Notes under the pieces: generated by a model
The model's input: the letters and a program-made list of their open reading frames with translations, nothing else
Databases searched by the model: none
Told to the model about the DNA's origin: nothing
Translations under genes and position numbers: made by a program
Shown: one piece after another, positions 36,147-45,067 of the stretch
Layout of the letters: each line of letters begins with the position of its first letter
How positions within the stretch are numbered: the stretch's first letter is position 1
DNA from: an uncultured Thermotogaceae bacterium
Lineage (GTDB): Bacteria; Thermotogota; Thermotogae; Petrotogales; Petrotogaceae
NCBI GenBank assembly: GCA_964478535.1
Contig: CAYZNB010000001.1
Coordinates: forward strand, 1 to 54,307
Length of the DNA stretch: 54,307 nucleotides
Direction of reading: 5' to 3'

Positions 36147-36155
36147 TGATATAAT
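36147..36155 (+). promoter_or_regulatory. candidate extended -10 promoter (TGaTATAAT)
   Basis: Perfect TGnTATAAT lies 41 nt upstream of the ATG at 36196. Confidence 0.35.
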
Positions 36156-36195
36156 TAGATTAGAATACTAAAAAATCATAAGGTGGTGAAAAATA

Positions 36196-36960
36196 ATGAA
36201 AATAGCTTTTTTTTCTGATGTTCACTCAAATTTAGAAGCTTTTCAAACAGTATTAGAAGATATTGAAAACAGAAAAATTTCTAAAATATTTTTTTTAGGA
36301 GACCTTGTAGGTTATGGTCCTAATCCTAATGAAGTTATTGATTTAATGAAAGAAAAAAAAATACCTGGTATTATGGGAAATTATGATGATGCTATAGCAT
36401 ATGAAAAAGAAAGTTGCGGATGTACTTATAATCCAGGAAGAGAAACAGAAATTGGAGATGAATCTGTAAATTGGACTATAAAAAATACTACGAAAGAGAA
36501 TAAAGAGTATTTAAAATCTTTACCTAAAAGAATAGAATTTGAATTTGAAGGGGTGAAATTTCTTCTTGTTCACGGAAGTCCTTTAAACGATTTATTAGAA
36601 TATGTTAAGCCTAATACACCAGTAGAAAGATTAAAAGAAATCGCAGAATCAGTTGAAGCAGATATTATAATTAATGGTCATACTCATATTACTATGATAA
36701 AAAAAGTTTTCAATAAAATGATATTTAATACAGGAAGTGTAGGAAGGCCTAAAGATAATGATTATAGAACAGGATATCTTATAATAGATATTGAAAAAGC
36801 TGTCTTATCTTTCGAGTTTATAAGACTTGATTATAATGTAAAAAAAACATGTGAAAAAATTTCTGAAGTGAATTTACCTGCAGAATTATCTACTGTATTA
36901 GCTTTAGGAAATACTTTTAAAATGGCTAAACCAAAAGAAAATTTAAATTTTAAAATATAA
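36196..36960 (+). CDS. metallophosphoesterase (YfcE/MJ0936-like)
   Basis: Motifs 'FSDVHSN', 'GDLVGYGPNP', 'GNYD', 'VHGSP' and 'GHTH'. Confidence 0.85.
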   Translation: MKIAFFSDVHSNLEAFQTVLEDIENRKISKIFFLGDLVGYGPNPNEVIDLMKEKKIPGIMGNYDDAIAYEKESCGCTYNPGRETEIGDESVNWTIKNTTKENKEYLKSLPKRIEFEFEGVKFLLVHGSPLNDLLEYVKPNTPVERLKEIAESVEADIIINGHTHITMIKKVFNKMIFNTGSVGRPKDNDYRTGYLIIDIEKAVLSFEFIRLDYNVKKTCEKISEVNLPAELSTVLALGNTFKMAKPKENLNFKI

Positions 36961-37076
36961 AATTAAATCTTTTTGTGATTAATTCAAAAAATTACAATTT
37001 GCCATTCGAAGTTATAGAACAAAAAAATTATTTTCATCAGTTATCAATACAGGGAAAAAATATCTTATATAACACT

Positions 37077-37109
37077 AAAAAACAGGCTTTAATAAAAAGC
37101 CTGTTTTTT
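37077..37109. terminator. bidirectional rho-independent terminator abutting tRNA-Gly
   Basis: AACAGGCTTT-AATAA-AAAGCCTGTT 10-bp stem with flanking A and T runs. Confidence 0.75.
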
Positions 37110-37184
37110 TGGAGCGGAAGACGGGGCTCGAACCCGCGACCCCTTGCTTGGCAAGCAAGTGCTCTACCACTGAGCTACATCCGC
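37110..37184 (-). tRNA. tRNA-Gly (anticodon GCC), CCA encoded
   Basis: GCGGATG acceptor, GCTC..GAGC D arm, anticodon stem CTTGC/GCAAG with loop TTGCCAA, TTCGAGC T loop. Confidence 0.85.
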
Positions 37185-37189
37185 ACAAA

Positions 37190-37266
37190 TGGAGCAGGAG
37201 ATGAGACTCGAACTCACGACCTCCGCCTTACCAAGGCGGCGCTCTACCGACTGTAGCTACTCCTGC
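37190..37266 (-). tRNA. tRNA-Thr (anticodon GGU), CCA encoded
   Basis: Perfect acceptor GCAGGAG/CTCCTGC, anticodon stem CCGCC/GGCGG with loop TTGGTAA, TTCGAGT T loop. Confidence 0.85.
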
Positions 37267-37317
37267 AAAACCTTAATTATTATACTACAAAATCTTTTTA
37301 CTGTCAAGATTCAAAAT

Positions 37318-37734
37318 TTATTTTTCCTCTTTTTCTTTTACATTCAAAAGATTTATTTTAGCTGTAACAGTATTTTTTTGAACTTCAATTTCAAATCCCA
37401 ATTCGTGTATAAGCCAAATACCTCGACATCTTTCTCTTAAAGGCTCTTTGAATTCTGTACAATCTTTTTTTAATTCAAAGCCCTTTCCTTCATCTGTAAT
37501 TTGTACAATTAAAATATTATTCTCAAATAAAATTTTTAATTTCACTTTTTTTTGAAAATCAAAACAATTACCATGAGAAACTGCATTATTTAGCAGTTCT
37601 CTTATGGCAATACTTAGTAAAAATAAATGTTTTTCATTTTTTATATTACATTCTTCTTTTAAAAATTTTTCTATAAAAAGTGCAATTTTTGCTGCTTCTT
37701 CGTATGAAGAAAAAAAATCTGTTTCGAATTTCAT
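37318..37734 (-). CDS. HATPase_c-type anti-sigma-factor-like serine kinase (RsbW/SpoIIAB-like)
   Basis: 138 aa, single GHKL domain with N box 'ELLNNAVSHGN' and G1 'DEGKGF'. No HisKA domain. Confidence 0.7.
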   Translation of the reverse strand: MKFETDFFSSYEEAAKIALFIEKFLKEECNIKNEKHLFLLSIAIRELLNNAVSHGNCFDFQKKVKLKILFENNILIVQITDEGKGFELKKDCTEFKEPLRERCRGIWLIHELGFEIEVQKNTVTAKINLLNVKEKEEK

Positions 37735-37736
37735 TA

Positions 37737-38093
37737 TTATACTACAACTTTTGATATAGCACTTATTATCATATAGTCATTAAAAGGTTTTTTCAAAAAT
37801 ATATCTATTCCTAAATTTTTAGCTTCTTCTCTAATTTCTTCATCACCCATAGCACTCAACATTATTATATTAGCTTTAGGATTAATCGTTTTTATATTTT
37901 TTGAAGCTTCCATACCATCCATTATAGGCATAGTTATATCCATGAAAATAACTTCAGGATTTAATTTTTGAAATAATTCTACTGCTTCTTTTCCGTTTTT
38001 TGCATCTCCACAGACTTCATGCCCATTTTTTTCAAGAGTTTTTCTCAATAATGAATGAATTAATGGAGAATCGTCAACTATTAATATTTTCAA
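37737..38093 (-). CDS. single-domain response regulator (CheY-like receiver)
   Basis: 'ILIVDDS...DITMPIMDG...LSAM...KKPF'. The TTG start overlaps the upstream TGA (TTGA). Confidence 0.85.
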   Translation of the reverse strand: MKILIVDDSPLIHSLLRKTLEKNGHEVCGDAKNGKEAVELFQKLNPEVIFMDITMPIMDGMEASKNIKTINPKANIIMLSAMGDEEIREEAKNLGIDIFLKKPFNDYMIISAISKVVV

Positions 38094-39277
38094 TTTTGTT
38101 CAGCCTCCTCAAAACAATTTTTTATTATGATTATGCTTATATCATCTTTTATTATTTTATCTTTAATTTTATTTTTTGAAAAGTTTTCTAAAATATATTT
38201 ATTTATGTTCTCTATCAATTCATTTTCATTTTTGAAATTTTCAAATAAAATCTTTGCATGGTTTAAAAATATTTCTAAATTACATTTTAAAGAGTTGCTA
38301 AAAATTTCAAAGTTGTCAAAAAAACCGTCCGTATACATAAAAATCATATCATTTTTATTAAACATTATATTTGTATCTTCAAAAAAAACATCTTTTAAAA
38401 TTCCTGCTAAAAAACCTTTTTTGGTAAGAACTTCGAATTCATTTTGTTCACGCCTATATAATATAGGAAAAGGATGTCCAGCATTAGAAAAAGTTAACTG
38501 GTTTTTTTCAATTTTTCCAATAAATGCAGTAAAAGAAAACATTTCAGAAGAATTAAAATTACTTTCCATAAAATCATTCATTTTTTTTAAAACTTCAGAT
38601 GGTTTTTTATTTTCTTCAGCATAATTTGCAAATAAAACTTTTATCATTGAAGAAATTATTGAAGCTGTTATTCCATGGCCTGAAACATCCGCTATTATAA
38701 ACCATGTTGCTTCATTTATTTCAATACAATCGTAAAAATCTCCGCCTAATTCAAAAGATGGTATATATAAACCTTTGAAATTAACATTTTTTAATTTTTT
38801 TTGATTATTGATAATATTTTTCTGAAAAAAACTAGCAAGATGAAGTTCTCTATTTATTTTTTCATTAAAAGTCATTATTTCTTTTGTTTGCTCATAAACT
38901 TTAAGAGCATTATTGACTTTTAAAGGCAAAATAAAATCTATTTCTTCTGTTTTAAGAGGTTTTTCAAAAAAATCATGTGCTCCTAATGATAAAGCTTTTT
39001 TTATTGAATCTGTTTCATTCATCGCCGAATTAATTATGATTGGTATTAAATTGTATTTTCCATCTTTTTTAATTATTTCTAAAAATTCAAAACCGTCCAT
39101 TTCGGGCATCATTAAATCTAAAATTATTAAATCAATATCATTTTTATACAAAATTTCAAGGGCTTTTCTTCCGCCTTCAGCTTCAAATATTTTAAGGTTA
39201 GAAACAGTCTTTTTTAATATTGCAATTATAAGCTTTCTATTAAACAAAACGTCATCAACAACCATTATATTATTCAT
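38090..39277 (-). CDS. response regulator fused to PP2C/SpoIIE-type phosphatase (RsbU-like)
   Basis: Receiver 'MVVDD...DLMMPEMDG' followed by 'GGDFYD', 'IADVSGHGITAS' and 'MYTDG' PP2C motifs. Confidence 0.85.
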   Translation of the reverse strand: MNNIMVVDDVLFNRKLIIAILKKTVSNLKIFEAEGGRKALEILYKNDIDLIILDLMMPEMDGFEFLEIIKKDGKYNLIPIIINSAMNETDSIKKALSLGAHDFFEKPLKTEEIDFILPLKVNNALKVYEQTKEIMTFNEKINRELHLASFFQKNIINNQKKLKNVNFKGLYIPSFELGGDFYDCIEINEATWFIIADVSGHGITASIISSMIKVLFANYAEENKKPSEVLKKMNDFMESNFNSSEMFSFTAFIGKIEKNQLTFSNAGHPFPILYRREQNEFEVLTKKGFLAGILKDVFFEDTNIMFNKNDMIFMYTDGFFDNFEIFSNSLKCNLEIFLNHAKILFENFKNENELIENINKYILENFSKNKIKDKIIKDDISIIIIKNCFEEAEQN

Positions 39278-39288
39278 TTTAATCCCCT

Positions 39289-39747
39289 CTATTCGATTGC
39301 AAAATTAACTTCTATTATTCCAACAGAAAGAATCAATTCAATACATATAGTTTCAGCCGTGCTAAGAATTAAATACACATCTTTTCCTGTTACTATTGAT
39401 GGTGGAGTAATATCAAAATTAATTCCTAAAGAAGCAATTAAAGAACTCGCCGTTCCCGACATCATGTTTGTCAATTCTCCAAGAGCACTTCTTGCCATTT
39501 CATCTAATTCTGAAACTTCCATTCCCATCATCATCAATGAAACGATATTTTTTGCTGTTTTTTCGTCCATACTATAAGCCACATTACCTTTTATCCCATC
39601 AACTAAACCTATCATAGAAGTAACTTCTCTATCTATAACCATAATATCTTTTTTAATTATTTTTCCTTTTTTTACATCTGGAATTCCGATTTGTTCTAAT
39701 ATAGTTTTTATAGCACTTAAAAAACTGTTTAACAACTTTGCATCCAT
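39289..39747 (-). CDS. CheX/CheC-family CheY-P phosphatase-like protein, copy 3
   Basis: One 'SALGELTNMMSG...(x21)...PP' ExxN-x22-P motif. Confidence 0.7.
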   Translation of the reverse strand: MDAKLLNSFLSAIKTILEQIGIPDVKKGKIIKKDIMVIDREVTSMIGLVDGIKGNVAYSMDEKTAKNIVSLMMMGMEVSELDEMARSALGELTNMMSGTASSLIASLGINFDITPPSIVTGKDVYLILSTAETICIELILSVGIIEVNFAIE

Positions 39748-40224
39748 TTATTTATCACCTTCCACAGCTACATTAAATAAAATTTTTCCATATTCGCAAT
39801 GAGAATCTAAAGTTACGGAAGGAATTTTAGGAATAGAGATTATTACATTTTCTCCAGTGAAAATTATTGGAGGAGCTAATCTTAACCCTGCTTTTAATTC
39901 ATCATTTAATAAAGTTAACGCATCTCCACCTATTGTATTCAAAATTTCTGTCAAACAAGCAAGAACCATTCTATCCTTAATATCTTCATATTTTTCACCT
40001 GTTATATGTTCGGAAATTTTCAAAGCTACATTTTTTTCCATATCTAACAATATTCTGCCTTTAAAATTTCCCGCAAAACTTACGGAAGCTGATATTCCAT
40101 AAGATTTTAAATCTCCGTCAAAATCATAAACATCTCCAGAATTATTTATTTCAATACCGCCCATTACAAGCATCATTTCCTTAAAACTTTTTACAAAAGG
40201 AGCTGTTCTTTTTTTATCTATCAT
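39748..40224 (-). CDS. CheX/CheC-family CheY-P phosphatase-like protein, copy 2
   Basis: One 'LTEILNTIGG...(x21)...PP' motif. ATG behind AAGGAGG. Confidence 0.7.
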   Translation of the reverse strand: MIDKKRTAPFVKSFKEMMLVMGGIEINNSGDVYDFDGDLKSYGISASVSFAGNFKGRILLDMEKNVALKISEHITGEKYEDIKDRMVLACLTEILNTIGGDALTLLNDELKAGLRLAPPIIFTGENVIISIPKIPSVTLDSHCEYGKILFNVAVEGDK

Positions 40225-40238
40225 TAGGAACCTCCTTA

Positions 40239-40709
40239 TTAAATAATAATTATATTTAAAAATATTTTTAAATCATTTGCAAAGAACATTTTTGAAACGG
40301 AAGGAATGTTTTTTTTATTAATAAACGCATGATTATCCCCCTCAATTGTAAATGGTGAAGTCAAGTTAAAATGATTTTCAGTTCCAGAAAATATTATTTT
40401 TACTTTCCCTGCAATCATGTTCACAAGTTCGGATATTCCATCAGACAATTCGTCTTTAGTTAAATCTTCCGGTAGCATTCCTGTCATATAACTCATAAGA
40501 ATTCTTACACTTTCTTCTGATGTAGAAAGTGTAAAAATGTAATTGTATTCATCACCTTTTAAAAACATCACACCTGAATAATCTGCATTTTCATGTAAAT
40601 GTTCTTTTTCAGATACTAAAAGTCCTGTCATTGTTGTTAAAACATTTATAGTTGATTCTGTAAAAGCAGTATCTATAATTTTTAATTTTTTTTCAATAAT
40701 TTCACTCAT
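40239..40709 (-). CDS. CheX/CheC-family CheY-P phosphatase-like protein, copy 1
   Basis: One 'ISELVNMIAG...(x21)...P' motif. The start is set to the ATG at 40709 (MSEIIEKK), which forms an ATGA overlap with the cheY stop. Confidence 0.7.
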   Translation of the reverse strand: MSEIIEKKLKIIDTAFTESTINVLTTMTGLLVSEKEHLHENADYSGVMFLKGDEYNYIFTLSTSEESVRILMSYMTGMLPEDLTKDELSDGISELVNMIAGKVKIIFSGTENHFNLTSPFTIEGDNHAFINKKNIPSVSKMFFANDLKIFLNIIII

Positions 40710-41083
40710 AAAAATCCTTCTCCAAGACATTCTAAAATTCTTTTTTGTAATTCTTCCATAGAGAACGGTTTTATCAAATAATTTGCAGCACCTGCTTTAA
40801 TAGCTTGAACTATATTTTCTTTTTCTCCTTCAGTAGTAACCATCATGACCGGTATACCATTATACTTTTCATCTTTTTTGATAAATTTTAAAAACTCAAT
40901 ACCATTCATTCTGGGCATATTCCAGTCTAGCAATATAAGTTCAATATCTTCATAACCCTCTTCGATTTTTTCTAATCCTTCAATTCCATCAATTGCTTCT
41001 ATTGTTTCCATTTCAAGAACATCTGCTGCCTCTCTAATAATTTTTCTAACTATCGAAGAATCATCTACAACTAATATTTTCAA
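40706..41083 (-). CDS. cheY: chemotaxis response regulator CheY
   Basis: 125 aa, 'ILVVDDS...DWNMPRMNG...VTTEG...YLIKPF'. The TTG start overlaps the cheR TGA (TTGA). Confidence 0.85.
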   Translation of the reverse strand: MKILVVDDSSIVRKIIREAADVLEMETIEAIDGIEGLEKIEEGYEDIELILLDWNMPRMNGIEFLKFIKKDEKYNGIPVMMVTTEGEKENIVQAIKAGAANYLIKPFSMEELQKRILECLGEGFL

Positions 41084-41946
41084 ATAAAATCACCCCTCTC
41101 AAAATGACAATAGTAAACTCCTTTTTCAAATTCAATTTGTTTAAAATAATTCGAATAATCAGGTAAAATTTCTGAAGCTCCCACTACTAAAAAACCATTT
41201 TTATCTAAAGAATTAGATATTTTTTCTAAAATATTTTTTTTCAATTCTTTTGAAAAGTATATCAAAACATATCTGCAAAATATCAAATCAAATTTTCCCA
41301 AAGAACTGAAATCATTTAAAAGATTAAAATGAGTGAATTTGACTATATTTTTTATTTCATCATTTAATTTGAAAACTCTTCCTTCTTTTTCAAAATATTT
41401 TTCTAAATATTTTTTATCTAAACCCCTCATTACAGATATAGCGTTATATCGACCTTCTTTAGCTATATTTAAAACTTCTTTAGATATATCTGTACCTATT
41501 ATTTCAAAATTTTCTAATGTAACGTCTTTTATATTGTTTTTTATTAAATATTCGTTTATACAAATAGAAGTTGAATAAGCTTCTTGTCCTGTTGATGATG
41601 CCGCAGACCATATTCTGAATTTTTTGATTTTTTGATCTCTAACACTTTCAATTGCTTCAGGTAAAATATTTTTTTCTAAAAAAATCCAAGGTTTTATATC
41701 TCTGAACCATTGAGTTTCATTAGTTGTAATGGCATCTATTATTTTTTCTTTAAGCTTTTCATCTTTACTCATATTGATCTTTTTATAAAATTGTTCAAAA
41801 TCATCACAATCATATTCTACTAATAATCTTGCAAGTCTGCTTTCAATAAGGTATTGTTTTTCTTCATTTAAACTTATTCCACATAATTCTTCTATAAATT
41901 TTTGTATCTTAATGATCGTATTATTTTCACCCATTAAAATCACCAC
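41080..41946 (-). CDS. cheR: chemotaxis protein methyltransferase CheR
   Basis: 'TNETQWFRD' and SAM-binding 'RIWSAASSTGQEAYS'. The ATG at 41934 (MGENN) is an alternative to the GTG at 41946. Confidence 0.9.
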   Translation of the reverse strand: MVILMGENNTIIKIQKFIEELCGISLNEEKQYLIESRLARLLVEYDCDDFEQFYKKINMSKDEKLKEKIIDAITTNETQWFRDIKPWIFLEKNILPEAIESVRDQKIKKFRIWSAASSTGQEAYSTSICINEYLIKNNIKDVTLENFEIIGTDISKEVLNIAKEGRYNAISVMRGLDKKYLEKYFEKEGRVFKLNDEIKNIVKFTHFNLLNDFSSLGKFDLIFCRYVLIYFSKELKKNILEKISNSLDKNGFLVVGASEILPDYSNYFKQIEFEKGVYYCHFERGDFI

Positions 41947-43015
41947 TTATTATTTTAGATATTCTGTTACCTATTATTTCAATATCAAGTGATTCATCTG
42001 AAAAACCAGCTTTTTCAACTCTCATAGGCATACCATAAACTACACAACTCTTTTCATTTTGAGTTATGCAATAACATTTTAAATTTTCTTTTAAATGTTT
42101 AATACCCTTTTCACCATCATTTCCCATACCAGTTAAAATTACCGCTAAAATATTAGTGTTTTTATCATAAACATTTGTCAATGATTTAAATAAAACATCT
42201 GCTGAAGGTTTCACATTAATAATAGGATCGTCATTTTTATATTTAGCAATTATTTTATTTTCAATTTTTTCTAAATAAAGGTGTTTTCCACCAGCAGCAA
42301 TATAAATTTTTCCTTCACATATTTCTTCATTTTCTTGAACTTCAACAAAATTCATTTTTGTCTTGCTTTTTAACGATTGAGCTAATATTTGAGTAAATTT
42401 TTCAGGCATATGTTGAGTGATTATAATAGGTGTTTTAATACTTTTATTCAATTTAATAAAAAGTTTATCTAAAGCAGATGGACCACCAGTTGATGAAGCT
42501 ATTAAAATAATCTTTGGTGTTGAAATAATTGTTTTTTCTTTTTTTTGAATTTTTTCAGATATAATTTCCATTTTCTTTTCTTTTTCAAATTCAATTTCAG
42601 ATATTTTCTTTACTTTAATTTGATTAAAAATAGAGTTTAGCTTATTTCTTATAAAAAGCATATTTCTTTCTAAATTATCTGAATTAGGCTTCAATATAAA
42701 ATCAAAAGCACCATTTTCTAAAGCTTCTACAGTCATTCTTGCTGTATTGTCATCACCAGAAGATATCAATACTACTTCTATTTCAGGATATTTTTCTTTT
42801 ATTATTTTAAGAGTTTCAACTCCTGTTAAACCTGGCATAAATATATCCATCAAAACAACATCAAAGTCGTTTGAATTTTGAATTTTTTCTAATGCGTTAA
42901 AACCGTTTGAAGCAAAATTATTAGTTTTAGCGTTAGATGTTTTATTTATTGCGTCAGTTAATATTTTTCTGTATATAAGAGAATCGTCAACTACTAAAAC
43001 ATTTAGCTTTTCCAT
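41927..43015 (-). CDS. cheB: chemotaxis response regulator protein-glutamate methylesterase CheB
   Basis: Receiver 'VLVVDDS...DIFMPGLTG' plus esterase 'ASSTGGPSAL', 'TQHMP' and 'LTGMGNDG'. Confidence 0.9.
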   Translation of the reverse strand: MEKLNVLVVDDSLIYRKILTDAINKTSNAKTNNFASNGFNALEKIQNSNDFDVVLMDIFMPGLTGVETLKIIKEKYPEIEVVLISSGDDNTARMTVEALENGAFDFILKPNSDNLERNMLFIRNKLNSIFNQIKVKKISEIEFEKEKKMEIISEKIQKKEKTIISTPKIILIASSTGGPSALDKLFIKLNKSIKTPIIITQHMPEKFTQILAQSLKSKTKMNFVEVQENEEICEGKIYIAAGGKHLYLEKIENKIIAKYKNDDPIINVKPSADVLFKSLTNVYDKNTNILAVILTGMGNDGEKGIKHLKENLKCYCITQNEKSCVVYGMPMRVEKAGFSDESLDIEIIGNRISKIISGDFNG

Positions 43016-43056
43016 ATATTAACCTCTCTTAATTATTGACTTGAATTAGAAGTGAT

Positions 43057-44421
43057 TTAATATTTAAATTGTTTAAGAAGTGTATTAAGTTTTTCAGAAA
43101 CTTCTCCAGCATTTATAGACGTTTCGTTTGTTTTTTGTGCTCCGCTTGATACTTCTGTTGATACCCCAGTTATTTCGGTCATGCTTTGCGATATGTTGTT
43201 TGCTCCTGCATTTATTTCTCCAACCGCTCTCACTATATCGTTAACTTGTTTTGATACAGATTCTATATTTGTTGATACTTCATTAGACGCATTCGATAAT
43301 TCTCCTGATGATCTTGCTATTTCTTTTACTCCTTTTGATGTTTCGTTCAAACTCCTCGTTACTTCTTCTGCATTTTTAGATATTGTAACTACTTCTTTTG
43401 TTATTGAGCTTACCATTTCAGCTGCTTCTACCATACTGTCAGATATTTGTTCTGTTACTGATGTCTGTTCTGTTACTGCCGAAGCTATTATTCCCGCTAT
43501 ATCTGTTACTTCTCCAACTACTTCTTTTACAGATTTCATAGCATTTATTGCCTGTGACATGTTATTTTTCATATCATCAATTTGTAAACTTATTTCTTCT
43601 GTTGCTTCGCTCGTTTGTTTTGCTAATTCTTTTACTTCATTCGCTACTACTGCAAATCCTTTTCCCGCTTCTCCTGCTCCTGCGGCTTCTATCGCTGCGT
43701 TTAATGCCAACATGTTTGTTTGATCTGCTATATCATTTATTACTTCTACTATTTTCCCTATTTTCTTTGATGATTCATTTAATTTTTCCATCACTGTATT
43801 TGTTTCATCTGTTCTCATTTTTGCTTCATCTGTTATGTTTATCGATCTTTCTGTATTTTTACTTATTTCTCCAAGTGATATGTTTATTTCTTTTATTGAT
43901 GTCGATACTGAATTTACAGATTTTGATACTTTATTAGATGAATTTTCAGTTACCTTTATACTTTGAGATACTTCTTCCATTGATTTTTCTATATTTACCA
44001 ATCCTACTGATGTTTCTTCCGCTGCTGCCGCAAGATTTTTTATTGTCGATGTCATTTCTTCTACTGCGGATGATATGCTAGTTACATTTTGTCCTGTTGT
44101 TCCTAGCGATTCATTCGTATCTTCTATATTTGTAGATATTTCAGTTATTGCTGAACTTACTTCTTCTGTTTTTGCCGCAAGTTCTTCACTACTTGATGAA
44201 AGATTTGTAGATACATCCATCATTTCAGATGAAGATTTGTTCATAGTTTCTGATAATTCTCCTATATTTTTCATCGATCCTTTCAATGAATTTGCCATTT
44301 CATTCAATGATCTAGCCATTTCTCCTATTTCATCTTTCTTCTTTGATTTAAATTCTACTGTTAAATCTCCTGTTCCAAATTTCTTTATTTCTCCTTGCAT
44401 CTTCTTTAATGGCTTTGTTAT
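43057..44421. repeat. near-identical 1.37-kb duplicated segment, copy A (HAMP + signalling domain of MCP)
   Basis: Matches 45068-46432 at an offset of 2011 bp. Only three mismatches were found by eye: 43058, 44349 and 44372. Confidence 0.9.
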
Positions 44422-45042
44422 ACCGTTAATAAGAGGAATTGCTATTAACAATGTTATTAATCCTCCTATAACTGCTATTGCAATTAAAACTAACGTTATT
44501 CTGAAAATTTCTCCTCCCAGATTTTCAAGAACCTCTCCAGCTTCAGAATATGCAATTTCATAATATCTATCTCTTATTAAAGATAAATATTTTTGTGTTT
44601 CTCTCAAAGCAAGTAATGTTTGATTTTCATAAATATCTATTGCATTAGTATAATCACCTACATTTGTTAATTGTATAATAGCAGATGCTGATTCATGTAA
44701 TTTTACATGAGGCTCTTTTATATCTTCTAAAAAAGATAATAATTCTACATCTGTAATTTGAGAGGCTTCTTCTCCGTAAATCCATGTTCCTAAAGAACAT
44801 TTAGTAAAATCTAATTGACCTTCAAATTTTGTTTTCATATAAACATGATTTCCTAAATTTTGTGAATAAACAAGATGTGCATTTTCAATATTTGCAATAT
44901 TTAAATTAACGTTTAAATTTTCTTCAACTAAAAATGTATATCCTCCTATTACATCTAAATAATAATAAGTAATACCTAATATAAAAGTTATTAAGATCAA
45001 GAAAAAAATAATTAAAAATATTAATTTAGACTTTATTTTTAT
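43057..45042 (-). CDS. methyl-accepting chemotaxis protein with extracytoplasmic CZB-motif sensor (probable ATA start)
   Basis: TM1, ~150-aa sensor, TM2, HAMP and MCP signalling domain ('[28 protein letters not shown]'). The ORF track starts at the TTG at 45000, which has no SD. The frame is open to 45060, and the ATA at 45042, 6 nt after GGGGGG, would give [10 protein letters not shown]..., parallel to the [10 protein letters not shown]... of the neighbouring MCP. Confidence 0.85.
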   Translation of the reverse strand: MKIKSKLIFLIIFFLILITFILGITYYYLDVIGGYTFLVEENLNVNLNIANIENAHLVYSQNLGNHVYMKTKFEGQLDFTKCSLGTWIYGEEASQITDVELLSFLEDIKEPHVKLHESASAIIQLTNVGDYTNAIDIYENQTLLALRETQKYLSLIRDRYYEIAYSEAGEVLENLGGEIFRITLVLIAIAVIGGLITLLIAIPLINGITKPLKKMQGEIKKFGTGDLTVEFKSKKKDEIGEMARSLNEMANSLKGSMKNIGELSETMNKSSSEMMDVSTNLSSSSEELAAKTEEVSSAITEISTNIEDTNESLGTTGQNVTSISSAVEEMTSTIKNLAAAAEETSVGLVNIEKSMEEVSQSIKVTENSSNKVSKSVNSVSTSIKEINISLGEISKNTERSINITDEAKMRTDETNTVMEKLNESSKKIGKIVEVINDIADQTNMLALNAAIEAAGAGEAGKGFAVVANEVKELAKQTSEATEEISLQIDDMKNNMSQAINAMKSVKEVVGEVTDIAGIIASAVTEQTSVTEQISDSMVEAAEMVSSITKEVVTISKNAEEVTRSLNETSKGVKEIARSSGELSNASNEVSTNIESVSKQVNDIVRAVGEINAGANNISQSMTEITGVSTEVSSGAQKTNETSINAGEVSEKLNTLLKQFKY

Positions 45043-45067
45043 ACAAATCCCCCCTTTTACTTAATGA

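Noticed and set aside
36975-37440. Two overlapping plus-strand ORFs (93 and 83 aa)
   Set aside because: They run straight through the minus-strand tRNA-Gly and tRNA-Thr genes and the terminator hairpin. The GC-rich tRNA sequence keeps the frames open.
38127-39308. Plus-strand ORFs of 165 and 131 aa
   Set aside because: They are antisense to the REC-PP2C gene and have F/S/I/K-rich low-complexity translations.
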